64,000 nt of DNA from Octopus sinensis (lineage: Eukaryota), in assembly GCF_006345805.1 (NCBI RefSeq), contig NC_043009.1, positions 52,762,001 to 52,826,000 on the forward strand. Reading direction: 5' to 3'. Under the pieces are notes generated by a model. That model made no database searches, was not told the DNA's origin, and was given only the letters and a program-made list of their open reading frames with translations. This document shows positions 40,124-53,599 of this stretch, piece after piece (the stretch's first letter is position 1; every line of letters starts with the position of its first letter). Made by a program: the position numbers and the translations under genes.

Positions 40124-40694
40124 TAACTGACTACTTTGAAACAAGAGGATAATGAACCAACCAACATAGTAGTCTCTAGTCACACACTGTACAAAAGATA
40201 CATAACTTCCTTATTTCTAGAACAGATCCATTCTTTACCACAAAAGGACAGGAAGACTACATTGCTAAGTGCTCCTCAGCTGACTAAAACCGACCCATTA
40301 AAATTAAGGAGTGACAGTGACAGTTCATTTATTGCTTTGTCACTTGAATAAACACAAAAATGAGAAATTTGGAGCAGAAATAGAACAAATCTGTTTTGAA
40401 GACGAAAAAATTAAATGTATGCATGCGTGTATTTAACAGACAAGCTAAAATTGCTTCTGAAACAAATCCACACTCTTTACCGAGACACATGTTCCTGTAA
40501 TTCACCAAATATCATATAAACTATAGACAAGCAACTAACTTCTATTTAGGATTTTAGATAAAGATACGAGAAAGGCAGGTTGACAGAATTGACCGCAATC
40601 TCAAAGAGGACATGGAAAGCAACCACAGCTATCAGTCTGGAATTAAAATATTAAAACTATAAGAGGAAGAAATAAAAGCAGAGCAAGAACATAC

Positions 40695-41123
40695 CTAGAG
40701 CTTTGACAAGTTCTTTCACAGAGAAACCTTGTAATTCAGAGTTGACCTCTGAAGAGGAAGGTGTTTCTTTCTTGGTGGACTTCTGTGAACCAGGCGTTGG
40801 CATGCTTCCATTCATTTCTGATGTTTTCACAGACTTTGACCCACCCATACTGCCAGAGCTTTTATAGCTTCCGCCGCCAGAATTTTGTCGGCTGTTCGCA
40901 TAGTCGTTGTGTTCCTTCGTTGCCATGAAAGATAAGCCAGTCTGTTTGGTGTCACCCAAGAATCCATCCGCGCGACACAATACTGGCCCATTGAACTGGT
41001 CGGAGGAGTTTCCTCCACCCCCTCCTCCCCCTCCGTACCAGCTGGCACCGAAGCTGGAACTTCGCTCATGCGTGTATTGCTGAGGTTTTTGACCAAATAC
41101 TGTGGAATCGTTTCCGGAGAAAC
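40695..41123 (-). CDS. MYCBP2: MYCBP2 exon (GFSGNDSTVFGQKP...poly-Gly...GFSVKELVKAL), phase 1/1
   Basis: tcttcag acceptor, gtatgt donor, 429 nt open. Confidence 0.85.
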
Positions 41124-41979
41124 CTGAAGAAATGGAAAACAGACATGTGAGAATAAAGGAATGGAGGTGAGGAAAGAGTATACAGAATGGTGGAGGAAGT
41201 GGGGCGATACTGAAACAAGAAGGAGGTGAGAATGAAATAAGGTGGAGATGGTAACACTGCAGGAGGTGGTGAGGGTCAATGACATTGAAACAAGGGTGTG
41301 GTCACACTGGAATAGGGAGAGGTGGTTGATATTGGGGAGCGGTGAGCCGGCAGAAACGTTAGCACACCGGGCAAAATGCGTAGCCATATTTCATCTGCTG
41401 TTACGTTCTGAGTTCAAATTCCGCCGAGGTCAACTTTGCCTTTCATCCTTTCGGGGTCGATAAATCAAGTACCAGTTACGCACTGGGGTTGATGTAATCG
41501 ACTTAATCCGTCTGTTTGTCCTTGTCTGTCCCCTCTATGTTTAGCCCCTTGTGGATAATAAAGAAACAGATATTGGGGAGGAGCTAACGCTGAAACAAGG
41601 GGTGTAGAGGAGATGACACTAAAACAGTAAGGATGAGTAACAGTGAAGCAGAGTAGGATGTAACACAGGAATGGGGTGGAGTGGGTGAGGTGACACTAAA
41701 ATGAGGCAAATGGAATGACACTGAAACAAACGGAGGGTAACATTGACAACAAAGAGGTGGTGACACTGAAATAAGGGGAAAGAGAGACAAAGAAAATAGT
41801 TGCAAGAGTACTGTGTAACAATCTAGGGTGACAGGCAGTGGTAGACTCACTACTTGCATCGTGAGGCACATTTATGTGCAATCCACCTAATGCTACAGAC
41901 GAACAACAGCGGACTTAGATTTAGGGTTTGAATAAGGATCAGCTACAGGTGTGGTTTCATAATTATGAGTTTAGGTATG

Positions 41980-42018
<39 letters not shown>

Positions 42019-42656
42019 ATATATGTATGTGACTTTAGATGTGTATATATCAAAATTGAGATAAACTTAGATATGTTTCGACCAAAGATTGGTCCAGGCC
42101 ATGTCTAACTTAATAGCACCACCTGATAGGATTATCTAAATCTTGTTTAACCCTTTAGTATTTAAACCGGCCATATCCGGCCAAAATAGTTAATCTGTTT
42201 TATGTTCAAACTGACCGGATCCAGGCTCTCACACCTACCCTACACACATATATATACACACACATATGTATATATGTATATATAACCTGACCTCAATGTG
42301 AGAGGACATATCATTGATGAGGTCACAAATAAGGATGAAAGGACTCTGATAGACATGACTGATTGATTAACCGAATAATTAATCAAACAACCAATTAGTT
42401 AATTGATCAAAACAGTTAATCAAATGACAAATAATAAAGAAGCAGTGCATGTGTTTGTCAGTGACATAATGACCCTACAGAGATACAACAAAAATAAACT
42501 AAAACTGTTGCTCCAAGTCAGAAAATGCAAAATCGTTTCTGCTGTCTTAATTATTGTTTGCTCGTTAAAACTAACTAACAATGTGCATGTGTGTGGGTGT
42601 GTGCATGAAAACAACAGCAGAATATATAAAGGATGAGTGAATGTAAAAATAGAAAC

Positions 42657-42710
42657 CTGTAGGTCCAAATGAGAACATCCGTGCAGGCCAGCTTGAGCTA
42701 CGACCAAAAC
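42657..42710 (-). CDS. MYCBP2: Candidate cassette micro-exon (GFGRSSSWPARMFSFGPT), phase 1/1
   Basis: ctccttag acceptor, weak G|gtttct donor, 54 nt open and frame-neutral; GC-richer island in AT-rich intron. Confidence 0.5.
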
Positions 42711-43151
42711 CTAAGGAGCAACAAAATATACAGTTTATAAAATATCTGAAGTGTATGCTCATGTCTATGTATGTATGTGTGTGTATAGTATCAGTTTTAT
42801 ATATATATATGTGTGTGTGTGTGTGTGGGTATGGTATATGCAAATGCTTTATATGTGTGTATGTGTGTTTATACACAAACATCTCAATATGTGCATGTAT
42901 GTGTATGATATAGGCATATGCATTGTGTGTGTGCGTATGTATGTGTATACACAAATATCTTTAAAGAGAGCGAAATAAATTCATGTAAATATTGCCCCGC
43001 TCACATCCCAAAATTATAATAAAAGAAAAAAAATTATCAAGGTCAAGAGGTCAGAAAATTTTTTTTTAAAAAGAGAGAGGGAGGGAGTAAGATATATAGA
43101 GAGAGTGAGACAGAAAGAGAGAGACAGACAAAACAAATAATGATTTATTAC

Positions 43152-43419
43152 CATCACTTTTCTGGCCAAACATCGGTAAAGTGTTGTACTGGGCCATGGA
43201 AAAGTCGAATCCTTTAGCAGAATTGGTGGGGAAGGTATTGAATGTGAAAGGGTTTCTTCTGCCAAAGCTTTCGTTGAAGGATAAATTGGCTTCATGTTCC
43301 AAGTAGACTATGTCGTCGCGATCACGAGCCAGTGACCAGGCTTCTCTTTCTGTTAGATGACAATAGTGGGATATGCTGTCAGTGTCCAGCTTTACCCAAG
43401 TGCCATCATGGTTTGTGGT
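43152..43419 (-). CDS. MYCBP2: MYCBP2 exon (TTNHDGTWVKLD...EAWSLARDRDDIVYLEHE...FGQKSD), phase 0/1
   Basis: ttgacag acceptor, gtaata donor, 268 nt. Confidence 0.88.
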
Positions 43420-43460
43420 CTGTCAAAAACAAAAAGAAAAAATATCATTTACAACGTTGC

Positions 43461-43492
<32 letters not shown>

Positions 43493-44522
43493 GTTTCAAA
43501 TTTTGGCACAGGCCAGCAGTTTTTGAGGGAAGAGGAAAGTCAATTACATCAACCGCAGTACATCAACAACAGCAATTTGACTGTTACTTATTTTTGTTAT
43601 CAAGATTGGTGCAAAGTAAGACAGGTGTGTGTTTTGACCATCTCTGCACTACTATTTCGTCATCTATCATATCTTAAAAAAAAAATTTTTTTTTAAATCT
43701 ATCATATCTTAATAATACGACTAGAGACTTTATGGTGAACAGCAAACTGGCAAAATCATCAGGGCATCTAACAAACCAAGACATAGTAGAGGTGGTGGAA
43801 GATTTGACTAAGAAAATATGTTGGCAATACTGTTAGAAGTAGAAAGGTGGTGAGCTGGCAGAAAAGTTAGCACGCCAGGCGAAACGATTATCGGTATTTT
43901 GTCTGCCACTATATTCTGAGTTCAAAATCCACCGAGGTCAACTTTGCCTTTCATCCTTTCGGGTTCGATAAATTATGTACCAGTTACACACTGGGGTCGA
44001 TGTAATCGACTTAATCCATTTGTCTGCCCTTGTTTGTCCTCGCTGTGTTTAGCCCCTTGTGGGTAGTAAAGAAATAGGTATTTCATCTGGCGCTATGTTC
44101 TGAGTTCAAATTCCGCTGAGGCCGACTTTGCCTTTCATTCCTTTGGGGTTCGTAAAATTAAGTACCAGTTACACACTGGGATCGATGTAATCGACTTAAT
44201 CCATTTGTCTGCCCTTGTTTGTCCTCTCTGTGTTTAGCCCCTTGTGGGTAGTAAAGAAATAGGTATTTCATCTGGCGCTACGTTCTGAGTTCAAATTCCG
44301 CTGAGGCTGACTTTGCCTTTCATCCTTTCGGGGTCAATAAATTAAGTACCAGTTATGCACTGGGGTCGATGTAATTGACTTAATCCGTTTGTCTGTCCTT
44401 GTTTGTCCCCTCTATGTTTGGCCCATTGTGGGCAATAAAGAAATAAGAAATAGTCGTTTGTATTATTCATTGGTAGTAGTGAATTATATAAGTCGTGGTA
44501 CAAAAGGTCAAACAGTACTTAC

Positions 44523-44650
44523 ATCCTCTGTTGCTGTGAGCTGGTTACCTAGAACTAACATTCCTATTGGTGTGGCTTTCTTACTCGGCCGACATCTAAT
44601 GTTGTGGCCTGAAGAGCCACATTTGACCACCTGATAGCCACCAGGTCCAC
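44523..44650 (-). CDS. MYCBP2: MYCBP2 exon (GGPGGYQVVKCGSSGHNIRCRPSKKATPIGMLVLGNQLTATED), phase 1/0
   Basis: atttcag acceptor, gtaagt donor, 128 nt. Confidence 0.93.
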
Positions 44651-45317
44651 CTGAAATGACAACAATACAAGTTTACAACGGAGAGCCAATGTAAATCTTT
44701 TACTCCCGTTTTCACACACACTCAAACTATACAATAAACTTAGGAAGCAGATATCTTTTGGAGTTAATCCTACAATATCTCTGACATCTGTGTCATGCTT
44801 AAGATGTTACTTTTAGCCAACATACCATATTTGGTAATAACAGCATGCAGTAAACTGTCTATCAGGCAGGTAAACAAATCTGATATTTATTTCAGCCAGT
44901 CATATTTTGTGGTGGCTGTTGTAAGATGTTGGCTAACTTCAAGGGTTTCTTTCTATTCTCATACCAAATGCAAAGAAAAACATTCTTAAACATTCATCAT
45001 TTTTTCTTATAACTATCCATCAATTTGGTTCTCTCATCATAGCTGTCTTAGAGAAATTGGAAGTTTTGCTCTACAGCAGGCTGTTGAAAGGCATTTGCTT
45101 ACCTCTCATTTGCTATCATTCCCTCTTTACTCTTTTACTCGTTTCAGTCATTTGACTGCGGCCATGCTGGAGCACTGCCTTTAGTCGAGCAAATCGACCC
45201 CGGGACTTATTCTTTTGTAAGCCCAGTACTTATTCTATCGGTCTCTTTTGCCGAACCGCTAAGTGATGGGGACGTAAACACACCAGCATCGGTTGTCAAG
45301 CAATGCTAGGGGGACAA

Positions 45318-45355
<38 letters not shown>

Positions 45356-46219
45356 ATATATACGACAGGCTTCTTTCAGTTTCCGTCTACCAAATTCACT
45401 CACAAGGCATTGGTCGGCCCGGGGCTATAGCAGAAGACACTTACCCAAGATGCCGCGCAGTGGGACTGAACCAGGAACCATGTGGTTGGTTAGCAAGCTA
45501 CTTACCACACAGCCACTCCTGCGCCTTTCATTTCTCTTTCACACACATGCTATGGAAAACAGCAACACATTATATTTTGCAGATATACAACTCGTACATC
45601 TTTCTGTTCCCACACATGCATACAACATAGATAATACTTTATCATCATTTAACATCCACTTTTCCGTACATGTATGGGTCAGATGGAATTAGCTGAACTA
45701 GATCTACAGCCAGATGCCCTTCCTGTCACCACCCCTCAGTGACATTTCCCCATGGTCAGACATGCTTTTCACAGAAGACGGGAAATGAACGACCTTGCTT
45801 ATATAGCAATGATGTTTGTTTACAACCACTTTATGATGTCTAGACACGGGTAAACACAAACACACACATGTAGGTTTATGTGTGTGTATATATTATGACC
45901 GTTGTTTAATGTCCATTTTCCATGCTAGCACGGGTTGGACGATTTGACTGAAAACTGGTAAGCCGGGGAGCTGCACAAGTTTCTGATCTGATTTGGCAAG
46001 ATTTCTACAGCTGGATGCCCTTCATAATGCCAACCACTCCAAGAGTGTAGTGGGTGCTTTTTACATACCACCGGCATAGGTACCACTGATGTGATAATAG
46101 CATTAGCCACAACTAAAATCATGCTTGAATGGTGCATTTTACATGCCACCAGCATGAGTGCCACTGGCTATCATCATCACCATCATTGTGACATGTTTTC
46201 TGGGTTGGACTTTGTGTGT

Positions 46220-46261
<42 letters not shown>

Positions 46262-47463
46262 TGTCTCTGTAAAAGTGAGTTTGGAGGGACGTATTATCTG
46301 GGCGGATACCATTTTAGCTCTCAGGTAAGTTCCAGTTAACAGCTAACCACAATGATCAGTATTTAATGTCTGTGACTATAATTTGTTCTTAGTAACTCAA
46401 TGAATTCTTCCGATGGGTAATTCCATGAACTCTTCAGTGAACAATAAAAATTGTCTGGAGTATATATTAATATTAATAATAATAATAAAGAATATAGAAA
46501 CTTGTATTTGGTAGATGTAAGTAAATTAAATTATGTGGATGTACAAATCTCCATACTCTTTATTCTTGTTAAAATATATATATATTTTCCAAGAAGTTCA
46601 CTTTATGATCATCTCAAATGACCGTTTATTTGACCTAATCTAACAGCTTTCTGATAGTCAAGTAATGGCAATATGTTGATTTGATAATTTATCTCTTTCT
46701 TCACAGTATTCTTTTCTTCATTACATTTGGTAACATAACAATTTGCTTCCAGTTACCATTTGTAATTCTTTGTTTTATTTGATGCCCCATAAATATAGGC
46801 TCATCAACTCTTTACATTGTACACATATGAAATGTAGTCTTGGATGAGTGGTTAAGAAGCTTGCTTCCCGACCATACGATCTTGGATTCAGTACCTCTGC
46901 ATGGCACCTTGATCAAGTGTTCCCCACTATAGCCTCAGGCCTACAAAAGCCCTGTGAGAAGACTTAGCAGATGGAAACTGAAAGAAGCTTGCTGTGTGTA
47001 GATATGTATGTGTACATGTACTCTTGTCATTAAATCACATGATGGCTGCAAACACAAATAATGCTGTTCATCTCCTGTCTTCCATAGGAAAACATCCCTG
47101 GTCATGGGAAACTTTACCTCAACTGGAAACAAGCAAGGTTTCGAAATAGGAAGAGCATCCAACCGTAGAAAATGTGCCTCGACAAATAACATTTTAACCA
47201 TGGAAACATGGATGTTGATTGATGATGATATACATAAGCATACTTACATAAACATTCATGAACATACATACATAAACACACAAGCCTTGCTGCCATAAAA
47301 TAAAAAGACATCTCGGGTAATATAGTCCAGTATAGTGATTGGTCAGATTCGGAAAGCCATTGATCATGGGATCAGCTCAATTTGAGCCAAACTACTAGCA
47401 ACAACAATATCAGTAATAAAAACAACAACAAAAATCAGTCAAAATTAAAATAATGACACCAAC

Positions 47464-47689
47464 CTTTACGAATTCTGGATTCTTGCACAAATTCTGGTAT
47501 TTTCCTCAGCAAAGTTTCTTTGATAATTTCATCAAGAATGGATTTTGGTTCTTCAATGGGAATAAGCAGAGTTTTACCAAGATGTTGGTTATACTGCAGA
47601 CACCAGGCTTCAGTGAAGCCATTCACACCACACCATTCTTTTATGCTCTCCCCACTAAGTCTCACCCAGACACCATCGTCATTGTGAAT
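47464..47689 (-). CDS. MYCBP2: MYCBP2 exon (IHNDDGVWVRL...EAWCLQYNQHLGKTLLIP...ESRIRK), phase 0/1
   Basis: gttacag acceptor, gttggt donor, 226 nt. Confidence 0.92.
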
Positions 47690-49064
47690 CTGTAACAACA
47701 AGAACAACAGGTAGATTAGTGCAAACTTGATAAACTATTATTGTGTGTGTATAAAAACAACAATGTGAGTGCATGTACAAGCATGTGTGTGAGCATCTTT
47801 TACCCGTCTTCAGTCATTCGACTGCAGCCATGTTGGAGCATTACCTTTAAGGGTTTTAGTCTAACAGATTGACCCTAGGACTTATTTCTTTTTTGAAGCA
47901 GAGTGCTTATTGTATCAGTGTCATTTACCGAACCATTAAGTTACGGGGATGTAAACACACCAGCACCAGTTGTCAAGTGGTTGTGTGGGGACAAACAAAG
48001 ACACACACACACACACACGAATATGAAGCTGTGAAAACAGCTATGAGAGAAATTCCCCAGAGATCAATTCAACAAAATCCAAATTTTCTTTTTTTTTTTC
48101 TCTCCATGCTAAAAGCTTCCAGCGAGAGAAGGTTCTAGTGATTATTGCATGAACAAAAGGTTCTGACTGGCTGAAATGGGGTCTTCATGCATCATAAACT
48201 CACAGTTCACACGTCATTGAAAATGGAGTTGAAAACAACTGCCATATGTGTATAATGATACTGTGTGTGAGTATGGGTATAAGGTACATGGCTCCGTGGT
48301 TAGAGTGTCAAGCTTACAATCATGAGGTTGTGAGTTCAATTTCCAAACTGGGTTGTGTGTTGTGTTCTTGAGCAAGACACTATTTCACAGTGATCTAGTT
48401 CACTCATTTGTAGAAATTAGTTACAGCATCACTGGTTCCAAGCTGTATCAACCTTTACTTTAGACAACATCAGTCGCATAGAGATGGGAGGCCAGTATAC
48501 ATGGGCAACTGTTGGTTTTCCATAAACAACCTTGCTCTGACTTGTACCTAGGAGGGGAACTTTCTAAGTGCAATCCCATGGCCATTCGTGACCGAAGGGA
48601 GTCTTTATTCCTTTTGCTCCAGATGAATATAGAGTACATAATCAATTTGCACAAAATAGGAAAATGAGATAACTGGACATTCATCCCATTTTGATGCTGG
48701 AAGATGGATACACAAACATGCATGCAGAGAAATATACACATGAGGAGGGAGGAGGGAGAGTGAGAAAGTGAGAAACATTAAGAGGTCCGATGTCAATAAG
48801 TGTAGAATCATTAATGCCAAACAGCTGGCATCAAGACAACTGTGCCTCAACATTTCATACCTTCAAAATAGACATACTCCATTCAAATCACATAAGTCTT
48901 CAAAACAGAATATCAGACTGAATAATATAGTCCAAGACACACTAAATCTATTCATGATATGGAATGATCATGGCTAGAATCTCATCCAGTATCTATTCAG
49001 TTAAGTTTGACCTGGGGTTAAACAACAACGCAACAAAGAAGAAAAAGATCACAGAATCCTTTAC

Positions 49065-49181
49065 CTCATCTACAAAAGAAATGGTTCCATCAGGCTTGAT
49101 AGTTCCTATCTGCTCACTTTGTAGAGATGGGTTGATACGAATACGAAGACCTGAGCTGTTTTTCCCAACAAATCGACGCAT
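49065..49181 (-). CDS. MYCBP2: MYCBP2 exon (MRRFVGKNSSGLRIRINPSLQSEQIGTIKPDGTISFVDE), phase 0/0
   Basis: cttacag acceptor, gtaaag donor, 117 nt. Confidence 0.93.
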
Positions 49182-50602
49182 CTGTAAGAAAAAATACAAA
49201 CAATTTTTTACTGAAAATGCCAAGAAATTTTTTTTTATTACCATTATTAGTATTATTGTTAAGGTGGCAAGCTGTTAGAATCGTTAGCATGCTGGATAAA
49301 ATGCTTAATGGTATTTCGCCTGCCGCCACATTCTGTGTTCAAACTCCACCAAGGTCAACTTTGCCTTTCATCTTTTCAGGGTCAATAAATTAAGTACCAG
49401 TGTAACACTGGAGTCGATGTAATGGACTAGTCCCCTAACCTTAAATTTCAGGCTTTGCGCCTATAGTAGAAAGGATTATTACTACTACTACTATATTATG
49501 ATAACTATTACTACTACTACTACATTATTATAGCTTTGTTTTATATGAGCTGTTCTAAATCTCTCACAGAAACCTCAAGTCATAGCAAGTTGAATATTTT
49601 ACGATTAGTGTTAATTATGATTAGCAATGATATATTGTAGGGAAAGGAGACCAGAATCTGAGAACTAAAATTCTGTTAAATTTGTAATATTTTTAATTTT
49701 TAAAGAATTTTAAGAGAATCAGGGATTTTCAGGTTGACAATGTTTTTCTTAGGATGTAAGCATTGAAAGATTGAATTTTGTTCTATATTTTGAGTTTAAA
49801 ATCCCACCAAAGCTAGTAAAATGATATCTTTTCTCTTTGTGATAAATCAAAGGCACTTGGCATGTGCAAACCAGCCAGTGTCCATCATTGGATAGAGGGT
49901 TCATACAAGGCGGCGAGCTGGCAGACACGTTAACGCGCCAGGTGAAATGCTTAGCGGTATTTCGTCTGTCGTTACGTTCTGAGTTCAAATTCCGCCGAGG
50001 TCAACTTTGCCTTTCATCCTTTCGGAGTCGATAAATAAAGTACCAGTCTCGCACTGGGGGCGATATAATCGACTCAGTCCCTTCGTCTGTCCTTGTTTGT
50101 CCCCTCTATGTTTAGCCCCTTCTGGGCAGTAAAGAAATATATATTTTAAGATAAAAAACAGGATGATGATGGTAACTAGAATGCCTCTGATTACAGCCCT
50201 GCTCAACCAAAGCTGACCTGGGGTTAAACATTAACAACAACTTTGCTTTTCATCATTCTAGGATCAATAACTCATGTACCAGTTATATAGTGAAACAGGC
50301 TCAACTGACTATACCCCAGCCTGTCGCCACCCCAAGTGAGACAGAAAGAAGTAATGAGATTCTGAGTCAGGATCTAATGGCCTCACAGAACGAGACAGCA
50401 CAAGTCTGGAAACAGTTATTACATCAAACTACACTCCTATCCATCCAAGATATACCAGTAAGGAAAAACCGAAGTCATAACAATGATGATGTCACACAGT
50501 GACAAAATGAGACAAATTAGAGGACAAAAATGCAAAAATTAAAATAAAAAAAAAGAAAGGACAAACCAAAGTGTAATGAGAGAAAACCCTTTCACAACCT
50601 AC

Positions 50603-50691
50603 CTTGTTAGGTTGATGTGATTTCTTGCCTGCCTGTAATGGTGGAGTAACTCCTTGAGGGGGTTCACGGACATCGACTTTGAACGATTCTC
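50603..50691 (-). CDS. MYCBP2: MYCBP2 exon (GESFKVDVREPPQGVTPPLQAGKKSHQPNK), phase 1/0
   Basis: cttgcag acceptor, gtaggt donor, 89 nt. Confidence 0.9.
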
Positions 50692-50933
50692 CTGCAAGTC
50701 GCCAGAAACAAAAGATATGGTTAAAGAAACACAGAAAATTATTGTAAGAACTGGTAGGTCAGTGATGGGCAGGGCTAGTATATATCAAACAGGGGACTAT
50801 AAATAAAACAGGAGCTCACGGGTTGGTGTACAGACAGATGATGCAAAGATAAATATTTGAGATTAGAGAACAGCGACTGGATCTGGTAGAGGGAAACTGA
50901 AAGAAGCCCATCATGTGTGTGTGTGTGTATGTG

Positions 50934-51027
<94 letters not shown>

Positions 51028-51349
51028 CAATAGCCCAGTGGTTAGGCCAGCGGACTCGTGGTCGTGGGATCGCAGCTTCGATTCCCAGACCGGGCGTTGT
51101 GAGTGTTTATTGAGCAAAAACACCTAAACCTCCATGAGGCTCCGGTGGTGGGAGGCACCCCTGCTGTACTCTTTCGTCACAACTTTCTCTCACTCTTTCT
51201 TCTGTTGGCCTGCTTGCATAGCCAGCAGGGTGGCGTCATTTGAAGGCTAAAACAATGCAAAGCGCACTGTGACCAGCGATGCGTAGGAACATCTGGTAGC
51301 CTGGTCGGTCACGGTGATCATGGTGATATATATGATGATGATGATGATG

Positions 51350-51381
<32 letters not shown>

Positions 51382-51605
51382 TTATGTATGACAACTGATG
51401 CTGGTGTGTTTATGTTCTTGTAATTTTAACTGTTCAAAAAAAGGTACCAATAGAAATAGGTACTAAGCTTACAAGGAATAAGTCCTGGGGTCAATTTGTT
51501 CAACTAAAATCTTTCAAGGTGGCACTCCAGCATGGCTGCAGTCAAATGAGTGAAACAAGTAAAAGAGTAAGAGAGAGAGATGGGGGGGGGTGTTTCTGGT
51601 CGTAC

Positions 51606-51777
51606 CTGCATCGAAGCCATCAACTGTAACATAGATGTTGTAAAAGCCAACACTGCCTGGGGTCCAGTTACAGTTGTAGGAGCCATCATTACTAGAACGA
51701 ACTAGCATGTTCTCGCTGGGGCGTGGCACAGCCGGGGCCGCGTAACGCAACTCCTCAAATGAATAGTTTTCATACAC
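51606..51777 (-). CDS. MYCBP2: MYCBP2 exon (VYENYSFEELRYAAP...YVTVDGFDA); SFEELR is the RAE1-binding motif of PHR proteins; phase 0/1
   Basis: ctttcag acceptor, gtacga donor, 172 nt. Confidence 0.93.
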
Positions 51778-51899
51778 CTGAAAGAGAGAAAAATTTATGA
51801 TAAATGGGGTTTTCCATAAAAATTAATGACAGACGGGGTTTTCCAAAAAAATTAATGATAGATGGGGTTTTTCAACAGGGTGGGGAAGTCAGAGATCTG

Positions 51900-52130
51900 G
51901 GAGTCTCTCCAGGTCAAGTTGCTACTTCTCCACATTGAGAGGTCACACAGTTCTGGTACTACGGACATGACTAGAATGTCACAGGAAAGAACTGTAAGAC
52001 AGATTCTTAAAGCAAAGCCAACTGGCAAGAGACTGAGGGACAGACCAAGGCCGACACAGTTGGGTAATATCCATAGCTTCAGTTGGTCATACATCCAGAA
52101 ATTGTAATGACAGTTGCTTCTGATAAGGAC
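51900..52130 (+). mobile_element. Decayed RTE-like LINE 3' fragment
   Basis: LLLHIERS...TRMSQERTVRQILKAKPTGKRLRDRPR, typical RTE C-terminal pattern. Confidence 0.6.
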
Positions 52131-53279
52131 CTTACTCAAGAATAGAGGGCGGAGAAAATGGAGGAATGGACTCCACAAACTAGAGAGAAAGAGAGAGAGA
52201 GAGAGAAAGAAGGGTTCTGTGGTCACTCAATCTGCTACAAATAGCAGCAAAATTTCTCTCAAAACACCTCAAAGTTTTTAAAAAGAAATATATTTGGATA
52301 TTGCAGTCCTAAATAACACTATGCCTGAAAGAACAATGAGAGAGGGTCATAACTGGAATGTCTCTGATCATACTTCTGCTCAGTCAAACTATTTCATTTT
52401 TGTAATAGTAGGAAGTTATGATAGCTATGCCTTTCCTGAATATATTAGGAGTATGCTACAGTCAGCCATCACCTGCAAGCAGGTAAAGGCTTGGCAACAT
52501 ACCTTGCTTTTGCTAATTGTTTTAGGTGCTTATGTAGTCACAAGAACACATAGACATTCGCCACACCACACACCCCACCCTATTCATGATGTGATCACTG
52601 GAGGTGGGATGACAGGGTCAGCAACCACCTGTACATGTTTACAGCTGAGTAGACTGAAGCAATATAAAATGAACTGCTTTTTCACAAGAACACAACATCT
52701 ACTCAATCTAGGAATTGAACCTATGACCTTAGGGCCATGAGCCAAATCTCCTAACTGCAGGTCAACCTTCTATAAATACAGTAGAAACAAAAACAAAACC
52801 ATTTAACGCATCCCATCTTAACACCACATCACATTTAATAAATATCACACTTCAACAAACCTCACATCTTAACATAACTACTTAAATGTGATTTCATTTT
52901 CCTATTGTATCTGAAAGTTTAACAGTACCACACTACCAACCACATGGTTGTAAGTTCAATTTTTACAGAAGTTATTAAGTTCAAGCAGATGTAGTAGCAG
53001 CATATACTTATCTTCCTCAGTTTGATAAACTTATGATACCAACCATATGATGCCAACTACCCCTATCATCCTTAGGCAGCATTTACAATCTGCCAGAAAA
53101 AGCAGCAAAGTACTCCTCAAATCACATGCAACTGTTTTAATGTAGGGGAAGGAAACATTGAATAATGTAGCACTACTAGATTTCCTTCAAAGGATGGAGC
53201 GGTCTGGGTTGACAAGAGTTCATGCAAAGCTAAAGTACAACACAACAACATGAAAATAAAACAATGAAGAAAACCTTAC

Positions 53280-53471
53280 CTTCATCATACAGATTGAATG
53301 GAAGATGTCTTTTCTGTCTTTCACTGTTACTTCATATGGTATATCCAGTGGTGGAGGCAGGTGCCCACCAAATGTCATGTCCCCGTCATCCTGCTTGCTT
53401 AAGCGCCTCATTTTCTTGAAGTCGTCTCCACTGGTTTCCTTCAAATCAATCGGTATTGCTCGAACTTCCAC
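53280..53471 (-). CDS. MYCBP2: MYCBP2 exon (VEVRAIPIDLKE...FHSICMMK), phase 0/0
   Basis: Weak ttgaag acceptor, gtaagg donor, 192 nt. Confidence 0.88.
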
Positions 53472-53599
53472 CTTCAAATTCAATCAAAATCACAGGATGT
53501 GAATTAATATAAACACAATCAGTTTATAAGGGGGTTTGGTAGAGACAGTTCACACCACATTTGCATTGCGTGGTTTACATTCTGACAAGAAATGCTGTT

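Noticed and set aside
40170-40290. Minus-strand CTGAGGA-GCAC...GTGT-GTGAC motif
   Set aside because: GAAA and helix I are missing; too degenerate to call
40827-41387. 186-aa minus ORF
   Set aside because: Wrong frame for the incoming phase-1 splice, and it starts inside a SINE
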